Positions 17,758 to 26,030 of a DNA stretch of 32,000 bases are shown here, piece by piece (within the stretch, counting starts at the first letter, position 1; every line of letters begins with the position of its first letter). The stretch is from Gemmata obscuriglobus. GTDB lineage: Bacteria; Planctomycetota; Planctomycetia; Gemmatales; Gemmataceae. Location: assembly GCF_008065095.1 (NCBI RefSeq), contig NZ_CP042911.1:2040001-2072000 (forward strand), in the 5' to 3' direction. The notes under the pieces are model-generated. The model saw only the letters and a list, made by a program, of their open reading frames with translations, did not search any database and had not been told where the DNA came from. Made by a program: the position numbers and the translations under genes.

Positions 17758-20019
17758 ATGCCGACAGACGATAACGCCAATTCGGGAAGCCTGCTCCCGG
17801 ACCTGGGGGCGGGGCTGGTGGTGTTCCTCGTTGCGCTGCCGCTCTGCCTCGGGGTGGCGCTCGCGTCCAACGCGCCGCTCTTTTCGGGTCTGCTGGCCGG
17901 TGTCGTCGGCGGGTTGGTGGTCGGATTTTTGAGCGGATCGCACACCAGTATCAGCGGCCCGGCGGCGGGGCTGACCGCGGTCGCGGCCGCGCAGATCGCC
18001 GCGCTCGGGTCGTTCCAGGCGTTCCTCCTGGCCGTTGTGGTGGCCGGGCTGATTCAGATCGTGCTCGGCCTCGCCCGGGCCGGGTTCGTTGCCGCGTTCT
18101 TCCCGACCGCCGTTATTAAGGGGCTGCTCGCGGCGATCGGGGTCATTCTGGTTCTCAAGCAGATACCGCACGTTGTGGGACACGACCCGGACCCGGACGG
18201 GGACATGGCGTTCCAGCAGCCGGACCACCAGAACACCTTCACCGAACTGATCCAGACCATCGAGGACGTCCACCCGGGGGCCGCAACCGTCGGCCTCCTG
18301 TCGATCGTCATGCTGGTGTTGTGGGAGCGGTCCCGGCTGGCCCGGCTCCCCGTGCCGGCCCCGCTGGTCGTGGTCCTGTTCGGGGTGGGCCTGAGCCAAC
18401 TGTTCCGCCAGCTCGGCGGGGGATGGCCGATCGAGTGCGGGCACCTCGTGCAGGTGCCGGTGGCGGACAGCGTGTCCGGGTTCCTGGGGTTCCTTCAGTT
18501 GCCCGATTTCGAGCAGTTGAGCAACCCGGCCGTGTACATGGCGGGCCTCACCATCGCCGCCGCCGCGTCCATCCAGTCGCTGGTGACGCTCGAGGCCGTC
18601 GACCGCACGGACCCGCAGCGGCGCGCGTCGCCGGCGAGCCGGGAACTGCTGGCGCAGGGGTGCGGGAACGTCTTGCTGGGGTTCCTCGGCGGGCTCCCGA
18701 TCGTGACCGAAATCGTCCGCGGGACCGTGAACGTGAAGGCCGGGGGCCGGACCAAGTGGGCCGCCGTCGTCCACGGGGCGCTGCTGCTCGGGTGCGTGGC
18801 CCTGCTGCCGACCCTGCTGAACCTGATCCCGCTGTCGTGCCTGGCGGCCATTCTGCTGGTCACGGGGGTGAAGCTCGCCAGCCCGCGGCTGGTCCGAAGC
18901 ATGTGGGTCCAGGGCTGGCCCCAGTTCGCCCCGTTCATTCTGACCGTGGCCGCCATCGTGCTGACCGACCCGCTGATCGGGGTGCTGATCGGGCTCGCGG
19001 CCAGCGTCGTGTTCATCCTCCGCAGCAGCGTCCGCTGGCCGCTGCGGCTGATCGTCGAGCGGCACCTGTCCGAGAGCGTCACCCGGATCGCGCTGCCGAG
19101 CCAGGTGAGCTTCCTGAACCGGGCGGTGCTGGCCCGGTCGCTGGACGAGATCCCCCGCGGCGGGCACGTGCTGCTCGACGCCGAGCACACCGACTACATC
19201 GACCCGGACATCCTCTGGCTGATCCGCGAGTTCACGGAGCAAACGGCCCCGGCCCGCGGGGTGGAGGTGAGCCTGCGCGGGTTCCGCAGCGAGTACCGGC
19301 TCAGCGACCAGATCCAGTACGTGGACTACTCGACCCGCGACGTTCAAGAGGCGATGACCCCGGAGCAGGTGCTCCAGATCCTGCGCGACGGGAACGAGCG
19401 GTTCCGCGCCGGCCGCCAGCTCACCCGCGACCTGGGGCGCCAGGTGCGGGGCACCGCGGGCGGCCAGCACCCGCTGGCGGTGGTGCTCAGTTGCATCGAC
19501 TCCCGGACCCCGGCCGAACTCGTCTTCGACCTGGGGGTCGGGGACGTGTTCAGCGTCCGGCTGGCCGGGAACGTGGCCAGCCGCAAGGTGCTCGGGAGCA
19601 TCGAGTACGGGTGCGCGGTGGCGGGGGCGAAGCTGGTGCTGGTCATGGGGCACACCCGGTGCGGGGCCGTGACCGCGGCGGTCGATCTGATCTGCTCGGG
19701 TCGGACCGCGGCCGAGGTCACCGGGTGCCAGCACCTCGACCACATCATCGGGGACGTTCAGCGGGTGGTGGACCCGGTCGCGTGCCGCGCCGCCCACTGG
19801 CCCACCCCGGCGGACAAGGAGGCGTTCGTGAACGACGTGGCCCGGCGGAACGTGCTGCGGGTGGTGGAGTCGGTCGTCGAGCAGAGCGAGACGCTCCGCC
19901 GGCTGGTCCGGGAGGGCCGGATCGCCGTTGCCGGCGCGATGTACGACGTGAACACCGGGGAGATGGAGTTTTTGACCGCAGGAGCGACAGACCTCCCGCC
20001 CGCGAAGTCGGATCAGTAA
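17758..20019 (+). CDS. SulP-family anion transporter (with STAS domain) fused to a beta-class carbonic anhydrase
   Basis: The N-terminus LPDLGAGLVVFLVALPLCLGVALASNAP plus about 10 TM helices is SulP-like. A STAS-like segment follows. The C-terminus LRDGNERF..LSCIDSR..VMGHTRCGAV carries the Zn ligands of a beta-CA. Confidence 0.9.
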   Translation: MPTDDNANSGSLLPDLGAGLVVFLVALPLCLGVALASNAPLFSGLLAGVVGGLVVGFLSGSHTSISGPAAGLTAVAAAQIAALGSFQAFLLAVVVAGLIQIVLGLARAGFVAAFFPTAVIKGLLAAIGVILVLKQIPHVVGHDPDPDGDMAFQQPDHQNTFTELIQTIEDVHPGAATVGLLSIVMLVLWERSRLARLPVPAPLVVVLFGVGLSQLFRQLGGGWPIECGHLVQVPVADSVSGFLGFLQLPDFEQLSNPAVYMAGLTIAAAASIQSLVTLEAVDRTDPQRRASPASRELLAQGCGNVLLGFLGGLPIVTEIVRGTVNVKAGGRTKWAAVVHGALLLGCVALLPTLLNLIPLSCLAAILLVTGVKLASPRLVRSMWVQGWPQFAPFILTVAAIVLTDPLIGVLIGLAASVVFILRSSVRWPLRLIVERHLSESVTRIALPSQVSFLNRAVLARSLDEIPRGGHVLLDAEHTDYIDPDILWLIREFTEQTAPARGVEVSLRGFRSEYRLSDQIQYVDYSTRDVQEAMTPEQVLQILRDGNERFRAGRQLTRDLGRQVRGTAGGQHPLAVVLSCIDSRTPAELVFDLGVGDVFSVRLAGNVASRKVLGSIEYGCAVAGAKLVLVMGHTRCGAVTAAVDLICSGRTAAEVTGCQHLDHIIGDVQRVVDPVACRAAHWPTPADKEAFVNDVARRNVLRVVESVVEQSETLRRLVREGRIAVAGAMYDVNTGEMEFLTAGATDLPPAKSDQ

Positions 20020-20049
20020 CCGGGTACGCGACCCGCGAACGGGAAACCA

Positions 20050-20105
20050 CCAACGCCTCGTGTCCCGCCCAATGTTTTGCACCCGGGCGGGACACGAGGC
20101 GTTGG
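20050..20105 (+). terminator. perfect 21-bp stem hairpin downstream of the SulP-CA gene
   Basis: ccaacgcctcgtgtcccgccc (20050-20070) is the exact reverse complement of gggcgggacacgaggcgttgg (20085-20105), with a 14-nt loop. It is followed by ctttg, a weak T-tract, and starts 31 nt after the stop codon. Confidence 0.55.
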
Positions 20106-20219
20106 CTTTGCCGTCACGCAGTTGACCAATTGGGCAATCGGCCGGCCACGCGCGACGCATTCATTATCAGTTTCTTCTGCACTTCGACGGCGTGGCGGTG
20201 ATGCGATCTCTGCCCATGG

Positions 20220-20597
20220 TCAGCGAACGCCCCACCTGTACGTGGGCGTGTAGTAATACCTTGTGGCGTTGCCGTAGCGGATGGTAAACTTCACGTAGTA
20301 AGAAACCATTTGAAAATCCCCCAACCCGACGGCCCACGTCCCGTTCGTCGGGTTGAACGTCCCCTGAGCCACGCTGAGTTCGCGGCCGTTGGCGTCCAGC
20401 GAGACGATCCGGACATCGGTCAGCGTCTCGTAGGCATCGAGGCGGTACGTGCCGGTCAGTTCGGCCACCCTGGCCGTACCGCTGCGGTACTCCTTGCGCG
20501 TGGTGACTTGCTGGCCGAACGCGTGGGCCTCACCGGCCAGGGAGACGAAGAGCCCTGCGAACAGGGCGAAGGCCAAACAGAGCTTAATGCGCCGCAT
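20220..20597 (-). CDS. small secreted hypothetical protein, beta-rich with a Tyr-rich C-terminus
   Basis: Signal peptide MRRIKLCLAFALFAGLFVSLAGEAHA. GGAGG Shine-Dalgarno (reverse complement of 20606-20610) lies about 8 nt upstream of the ATG at 20597. Divergent from the sigma factor gene. Confidence 0.6.
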   Translation of the reverse strand: MRRIKLCLAFALFAGLFVSLAGEAHAFGQQVTTRKEYRSGTARVAELTGTYRLDAYETLTDVRIVSLDANGRELSVAQGTFNPTNGTWAVGLGDFQMVSYYVKFTIRYGNATRYYYTPTYRWGVR

Positions 20598-20807
20598 GTC
20601 TACGACCTCCAAAGGACCGTGCGACTTGAGCCAGGCCGGGGAAGTGGTCCCCACGTTGAGGTGCCCGGTTGCTGGCAGGAGTGAGTAAGAGCGGCCGGGC
20701 GATTCTCGGTGAACTTTTTCCGCAATTTTCAGCCGGCCGGTTTCCGGAGCGACTGTTCCCGTCCCGGCGCGTGCCGCGATACGATGTACTCATCGCGAGG
20801 GTTGCAA

Positions 20808-21494
20808 ATGTCCAACCTTGTCACATCGACTGCACTTTTGTCCGCGATGCTCGACCCCGAGCAACCGGAGGCGTGGGAGAAGTTCCAGAGTATATACGCA
20901 AAATGGATTAAGGGGCAGATTGTCGGCAAGCTGTCCAGCCCGCCCGGCAAGACGTTGCAGCAGGAGATCGACACCCTCGTCCACGACATCGTGAGCCGGA
21001 CCTGGGAGCAGTTCCGCGGGAAGCGCTACGACCCGCAGAAGCGGGCGCACCCGGGCAGCTTTCGGGCGTGGCTCAAGACGGTCGTGCAGTCGGTGACCGC
21101 CGACGCGGTCCGGTCGCGACGACGAACGACGCGCGCGGCGGGCGGGGATTCGGACTGGCTGGCCGAAGTGCCCGACGCCCACGCCGTGGCGACGGAGTTC
21201 GAGGCGACGTTCGTGGAGGATGTTGCCGAACGGGTGTTCAGCGAGTACCTGCTCGAGTGCAAGGAGTGGCAGCGCGTGGTGCTCGAGCGGCGCGGCCTCC
21301 GCCACGGCAACGCCGCCCCCAAACACGGCGAACAGTTCCCGAGCTTACCAGAGTTGAGCGCGGAGTTGGGCAAGACGGTCGCGACGATATCTGATTTTTT
21401 GACAGGCGCCCGCAGTGCTCTACAAAAGCGGTTCCGGGACGCGCTCGACGCGCTCGACATGTACGGCCTGCCGGCGCTGGCGAAACCGCTGTAG
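20808..21494 (+). CDS. ECF-type RNA polymerase sigma factor of the Ser/Thr-kinase-associated kind
   Basis: The region-2-like block is HDIVSRTWEQF..FRAWLKTVVQSVTADAVRSRRR. The region-4 HTH-like block is SLPELSAELGKTVATISDFLTGARSALQKRF. No anti-sigma gene follows; a kinase gene does. Start chosen at the ATG at 20808. Confidence 0.7.
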   Translation: MSNLVTSTALLSAMLDPEQPEAWEKFQSIYAKWIKGQIVGKLSSPPGKTLQQEIDTLVHDIVSRTWEQFRGKRYDPQKRAHPGSFRAWLKTVVQSVTADAVRSRRRTTRAAGGDSDWLAEVPDAHAVATEFEATFVEDVAERVFSEYLLECKEWQRVVLERRGLRHGNAAPKHGEQFPSLPELSAELGKTVATISDFLTGARSALQKRFRDALDALDMYGLPALAKPL

Positions 21495-21543
21495 CGGTTC
21501 CGCGGAGCCGGCGCACCGTCGCACCCTGGTCAAGAGTTCCGCC

Positions 21544-23451
21544 ATGAGCAGCGAAGTGGAAGGCCGCGCCGGGCCGTTGCTCGATCCGGGGGGCGGCGCC
21601 CCGACCGATACCGCCGGCCTGCCGGTTCCCAGCATTGCATTGTTACTCGAGCGACGGCGGCAGCGCGTCCGGCACATCAGCGCCACGCCGGACAAGGTCG
21701 GGCGCTACATCGTTAAAGAGGTCAAAGGCCGTGGGGGGATGGGGGTCGTGTATGCGGCCGTGGACCCCCACTTGAACCGCGACGTGGCCGTCAAAGTCAT
21801 TCGGCCCGAGTACGCCGAGTCGCCGGCGTTTCAGGCGCAGTTCGTCCAAGAATCGCGCGCGATGGCGGGCGTCAAGTCGCCGAACGTTGTGACCGTCCAC
21901 CACGCCGAAGTGGATGAAGCGGGGCACCTCTTCCTCGTGATGGAGCTTTCGCCGGGGACATCGCTGCAACACCTGCTCCGTCCGGGGCAGGCGCTGCCCC
22001 AGGCGACGGCGCTGGAACTGGGAATCGGCTTGGCTATCGGGTTAACGGCCGCTCACGCGCACGGCGCCATTCACGGCGATGTGAACCCGAACAACGTGCT
22101 CGTCGAGCCGGGGCCGGACGGGACCCGGGTCGCCAAGTTGACCGACTTCGGGCTGGCGCGGTTCGTGGAGGAGTCCGGTTCGAGCATCGGGTGCGGAACC
22201 CCCGGGTACCGGAGCCCCGAGCAAATCAACAGCAACCAAAACGTCACCGTCGCGAGCGACGTTTACAGTCTGGGCGCCGTACTGTACCGCATGCTCACGG
22301 GAAGACTGCCCGTTGCCGAGGAGCCGCTTCAGTTCCCGTCGCGGTCCCGCGTCCCGCGGCCGTTGCGTCGGCTTTGCGTCCGGTGCCTCCAGGCGGAGCC
22401 CCACGCGCGACCGTCGGCGGCAGATGTCGTACAGGCGCTCAAGGCGTACCGCGCCCGATGGCGGCGACGGCTCCTCGTCGCCGGCGTGCTGACCGCGACC
22501 GTCCTGGCGGGCGTTTTCGGCGCCACATGGTGGTTCAACATCAAGTCGGCCGCGACCATGAACAAGGTCCGTGCCGACATGCTGCACATCCGGGCGTCGT
22601 CGCTCATGACCTCCCCGGACCCGGCGAAGCGGGCGCAGGCGGAGCGCGAGTTCCGCGCGGCTCTGCCCGTGCTCCGCAAGCACGCCGCGCGGGGCGAGGT
22701 GGAGGCGACGATGGACCTGGCCGAGGTGCTGTGCAACCTGGCGACCCTCGCCGCGCCGGACGAGGGGCTGAACCTGTGCGACGAAGCCGAGCGCGCGCTG
22801 AACCAGACGGGCGTTCCCCACGACAACGACATCTGGGCGTTCACCTGGTTAACGCGGGGCACCGTCCTCCAAAACCTCGGGCAGACGGAGAAGTCGTTCG
22901 AGGATTTGACGCGGGCTCGAACGCGCTACGCCGAACTCGCCCCGACGGTCGATCGCGACGAGTTCAAACAGCACCACGCGACCGCCCGGCTGAACCTGGC
23001 GAAGCAGCTCATCCGCCGAAACGACTTCGCGGCAGCGGTTCAAGAGCTGGACGCGGCGGTGGCGATTTGGCAGTCGCTCCTGGCCGCGAACCGGACGCAA
23101 TACCTCACGCCCTGGATCGACGCACGATACACGCGCGGGATCGCGCGGTACGGGCACTCCTCGTCCCTACCGGCGGAGCCGGCCGCGGCCGAGCGGGCCA
23201 CGGCGATTCAAGATTTTTCCGAGGTGATCGCCGAACAAACGCGCTCGGTCGAGGCGGGAAACACGTCCGACGCCCTGTTGCTCCTGCGCGCCCTGATGAT
23301 GAGGCACGGCTTGTTCGTCCGCCAGGGCCGGGCCGCCGACGCACTCAAAGACGCCGAGCAGGCGATCGCAATCAACGACCGCTTCGCTCCCAACGTGCCC
23401 GGTCACCAGATCGACGCCCTGCGGAAGTACGTCCAAAAGTACCAGCACTGA
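21544..23451 (+). CDS. transmembrane Ser/Thr protein kinase with C-terminal TPR-like repeats
   Basis: Hanks motifs: GRGGMGVVY, VAVKVI, the catalytic loop IHGDVNPNNVLV, DFG in LTDFGLAR, and GTPGYRSPE. There is one TM segment (LLVAGVLTATVLAGVFGATWWF), then about 300 aa of helical repeats. Start chosen at the ATG at 21544. Confidence 0.9.
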   Translation: MSSEVEGRAGPLLDPGGGAPTDTAGLPVPSIALLLERRRQRVRHISATPDKVGRYIVKEVKGRGGMGVVYAAVDPHLNRDVAVKVIRPEYAESPAFQAQFVQESRAMAGVKSPNVVTVHHAEVDEAGHLFLVMELSPGTSLQHLLRPGQALPQATALELGIGLAIGLTAAHAHGAIHGDVNPNNVLVEPGPDGTRVAKLTDFGLARFVEESGSSIGCGTPGYRSPEQINSNQNVTVASDVYSLGAVLYRMLTGRLPVAEEPLQFPSRSRVPRPLRRLCVRCLQAEPHARPSAADVVQALKAYRARWRRRLLVAGVLTATVLAGVFGATWWFNIKSAATMNKVRADMLHIRASSLMTSPDPAKRAQAEREFRAALPVLRKHAARGEVEATMDLAEVLCNLATLAAPDEGLNLCDEAERALNQTGVPHDNDIWAFTWLTRGTVLQNLGQTEKSFEDLTRARTRYAELAPTVDRDEFKQHHATARLNLAKQLIRRNDFAAAVQELDAAVAIWQSLLAANRTQYLTPWIDARYTRGIARYGHSSSLPAEPAAAERATAIQDFSEVIAEQTRSVEAGNTSDALLLLRALMMRHGLFVRQGRAADALKDAEQAIAINDRFAPNVPGHQIDALRKYVQKYQH

Positions 23452-23484
23452 AAACGTCAGATGAACGACCAGCGAGGGCCGCGA

Positions 23485-24222
23485 ATGACCGAAGCGGAAT
23501 GGCTTGCGGTGACGGACTCGCGCCCGATGCTGGAGTTCATTCGGGGCAAGGTAAGCGAAAGGAAGCTGCGGCTGTTCGCCTGTGGCTGCGTTCGGCTCGC
23601 GGAGCGCCGCCTTCGCGACATGCCCACATCAGAATCGGGCTGCCACACTGCGTTGAACGTAGCAGAACAGTACGCCGACGGGTTAACAACAACCCGCTGG
23701 CTGTCCGAGGCGCGTGAAGATGCTCGCCTCGTCCATGCGCAGTTTCACACACTTGCTCGGCGGTACCTGGAAGAGGCGAGAGGAAAGCGGCGGCATTTCG
23801 TTCAGCAGGCGTATGCCGTTTCGGGCTGGGCGGAAGCGGCCGAGATGGCGGCATGGCCGGATCCACACATCTACCCCTACCCGTGGGAATCCGACTGCGG
23901 AGGTGGCGAGTACGATCTTGCCGACATGGGTTTACAGCAGGCGGCGTATGACAGGGTTTTCGGCGAATGTGGCGACGTGCTTCGCTGTGTCTTGGGCAAC
24001 CCCTTCCGTGCCGTTACCCTGCATCCGTCTTGGTTAACATCCACTGTTCTTGCACTTGCTGGTCAAATGTATGAGAACCGGGATTTCGCACCGATGCCGA
24101 TCCTGGCCGACGCCCTGCAAGACGCTGGCTGTGGCAACGACAACATCCTAAGCCACCTGCGCAGCGACGGCCCACACGTTAAGGGCTGCTGGGTGCTGGA
24201 TGGAGTGCTGGGCAAGTCGTAG
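23485..24222 (+). CDS. conserved hypothetical Cys-rich protein of a planctomycete/myxobacterial paralogous family
   Basis: The N-terminus is MTEAEWLAVTDSRPMLEFIRGKVSERKLRLFACGCVR. The C-terminus is LGNPFRAVTLHPSWLTSTVLALAGQMYENRDFAPMPILADALQDAGCGNDNILSHLRSDGPHVKGCWVLDGVLGK. I recognise this as a widespread uncharacterised family. The ATG at 23485 has a GAGGG upstream; 23461 is the alternative start. Confidence 0.7.
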   Translation: MTEAEWLAVTDSRPMLEFIRGKVSERKLRLFACGCVRLAERRLRDMPTSESGCHTALNVAEQYADGLTTTRWLSEAREDARLVHAQFHTLARRYLEEARGKRRHFVQQAYAVSGWAEAAEMAAWPDPHIYPYPWESDCGGGEYDLADMGLQQAAYDRVFGECGDVLRCVLGNPFRAVTLHPSWLTSTVLALAGQMYENRDFAPMPILADALQDAGCGNDNILSHLRSDGPHVKGCWVLDGVLGKS

Positions 24223-24388
24223 CGAATCTGTCACACCGGTGGAGCACATGCTTGCGAAGGTCCGGGCGGCTCAAAGTGTGTTCGAGTTACCCTCCCATTT
24301 CCTGCTCGCTTTGAATCGGATAAGGTTGCTTCGTTATTGTGCAGTTTCCCGTGCGGCTTTGGGCTACGACCTGTGTTTGTGATTGATG

Positions 24389-25456
24389 TAGGACTTACGT
24401 AGTTGACTTTTGGGTAAGTAGGTATGTAGGTGCGGCGAGGTAGGTTCGCACCGCTTCGCGCACGATGGCCGTCTTGGCCGCGAACCAACTGACGCCGGAC
24501 TTGAGCCGGTGCCACTCGAGCCGCAGGAACGCGCGGATCGCGAGCCCGATGTGGACCGCTTGGGCCCGGCTCATGCGCACCTGGCACCGGTCCACGTGGC
24601 AATGCTGCTTGAGGCCCCGGTGATACTCCTCGATGCCCCACGCGTGCCCGGCCAGAACCGCACGAGTGGCCTCGTCCATGTCGAGGTCGTTGGTGATCCA
24701 ATGCTCCGTGCCCCCATCACCGGTGGCGATCCGGAACGCCTTCACCAATCCGAACCCCTCCAGGTGCACCACCGTACCGGCGGCCCCGATCGGGCACCCC
24801 TCGATGGCCCGATTGCCCGTGCGATCCGGGTTCACCCGCCGGTTGCTCCGCACCCGGGTCAGGAAGTGCCACCCCAGGGCCCGCACCGCCTTCAGGTTGT
24901 CCTTGCCCGAGTACCAGGTGTCGAACAGTACCACCCGGGGCGACAGGTCCCGTCCCTTGGCGACCGCCAGCATGGCTCGGAAGTGGTCGTTCTTGGTCTC
25001 GGCTCGGGCCGGGTCGGCGAGCCGGTAATCACACGGTACCAGGGCGGCCCCGTCGGTCCACAGCAGGGTCACCAGCCCGATCCCGCTCACCACCCGGCGG
25101 TGCCGCCCGGACCAGCACCGGCGCACCAGCCCCATGTGCCGGGCGAACGGCTTGTCCAGCACCGAGTCGTCGAGCACCACGGCACCGCCCGGGCGGACCG
25201 ACGACCGGGCTTCGTCCCACAACGCCGCTGGGTCCGGTTCCAGCCGGTGCAGCAGTCGGGTGAACGCATCATGCGCGGGCGCCGTCGGATGGTCCGGTTG
25301 GGCTCGCGCGGCTTCCGCGGCCGACGCCACCTTGGGGGTGGCGATCAGGAATTGGATGTAGTCCTCGGCGCTCGCACGTGGTGCGTTCATGGCCCGATCA
25401 TAGACCAACAACACACCATGCGCAAATCCTGCGCCAGCGCAACTGCGTAAGTCCTA
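24389..25456 (-). mobile_element. complete insertion sequence, 1068 bp, single DDE transposase, IS701/IS4-like (family assignment tentative)
   Basis: The terminal inverted repeats are taggacttacgTagttg (24389-24405) and the reverse complement of caactGcgtaagtccta (25440-25456), matching at 16/17 positions. It is flanked by a 5-bp direct target duplication, TGATG, at 24384-24388 and 25457-25461. Confidence 0.88.
24395..25390 (-). CDS. DDE transposase of the IS
   Basis: DYIQFLIATPKVASAAEAARAQP..PAHDAFTRLL, VLDDSVLDKPFARHMGLVRRCWSG, VLFDTWYSGKDNLKAVRALGWHFLTRV and WGIEEYHRGLKQHC give a DDE pattern shared with IS701-like transposases. The stop codon lies inside the left IR. Confidence 0.9.
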   Translation of the reverse strand: MNAPRASAEDYIQFLIATPKVASAAEAARAQPDHPTAPAHDAFTRLLHRLEPDPAALWDEARSSVRPGGAVVLDDSVLDKPFARHMGLVRRCWSGRHRRVVSGIGLVTLLWTDGAALVPCDYRLADPARAETKNDHFRAMLAVAKGRDLSPRVVLFDTWYSGKDNLKAVRALGWHFLTRVRSNRRVNPDRTGNRAIEGCPIGAAGTVVHLEGFGLVKAFRIATGDGGTEHWITNDLDMDEATRAVLAGHAWGIEEYHRGLKQHCHVDRCQVRMSRAQAVHIGLAIRAFLRLEWHRLKSGVSWFAAKTAIVREAVRTYLAAPTYLLTQKSTT

Positions 25457-25742
25457 TGATGTACTCCTGAGTGAAGTACGTTACGATGGCGAGGCAACAT
25501 CCAGGGTCTATGAGTAGCGGCATCCAGCACAGCCACTTTACCATCGCCACCGGGAAAAAACACATGCCCAATGAGGCGATCATCCCTCCTAGAACTGGGG
25601 CTATCGAAGCAGATCTTCTCCAGAATGCCCAGCGTAACACTATTGCGTAGTTTCCGATGATGATAAATGATCCTACGGAAAATAATAACAAGCCAATCAC
25701 CTCAAAGAAAAATACTACCGACGGGTGTTCGGCTGCTGTCAT
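25398..25742 (-). CDS. small 3-TM membrane protein whose 3' end was replaced by the IS insertion (native part 25457-25742)
   Basis: ATG at 25742 with GAGGG about 8 nt upstream, and three hydrophobic helices. G+C is visibly low. Residues 96-114 are encoded by IS sequence. Removing the IS and one TSD copy restores ..TQEYINHKHRS with the stop at 24364-24366, giving 101 aa. Confidence 0.55.
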   Translation of the reverse strand: MTAAEHPSVVFFFEVIGLLLFSVGSFIIIGNYAIVLRWAFWRRSASIAPVLGGMIASLGMCFFPVAMVKWLCWMPLLIDPGCCLAIVTYFTQEYIIGLTQLRWRRICAWCVVGL

Positions 25743-26030
25743 TTCGTTGCCCTCGGAACAGCGTCATCGCAATTATACCGAGTTCTCCGGAAGCCCGAAA
25801 CGGCTGAGGAAATTAGTTCACACAATCGGGTGTACTAACTGTTGTGGCGGTTCTACGTGGATCAGGTAGTGAGGCCGCCGTTTCCGGACAAAAGCAGTCC
25901 CGGCGTGGAAGCCGTGCTGGCGGCACTCGACGGGCACAGAAATGGTCCGCTCGCTTGCGGTTGCCGATACTACGTGAAGATCGCAGCATCGGTCGCCGCA
26001 CGATAACCGGTTCGGTGTTGAGAGCCGAAG

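Noticed and set aside
17581-20160. 859-aa ORF antisense to the SulP-CA gene. Similar long shadow ORFs occur at 1918-3459 (-), 5206-6543 (-), 13537-14841 (+), 9023-10066 (+) and 10670-11710 (+).
   Set aside because: Their translations are Arg/Pro/Gly/Ala-rich low-complexity strings with no motifs. Each lies opposite a gene with clear family signatures. Such shadow ORFs are expected in high-GC DNA because stop codons are rare.
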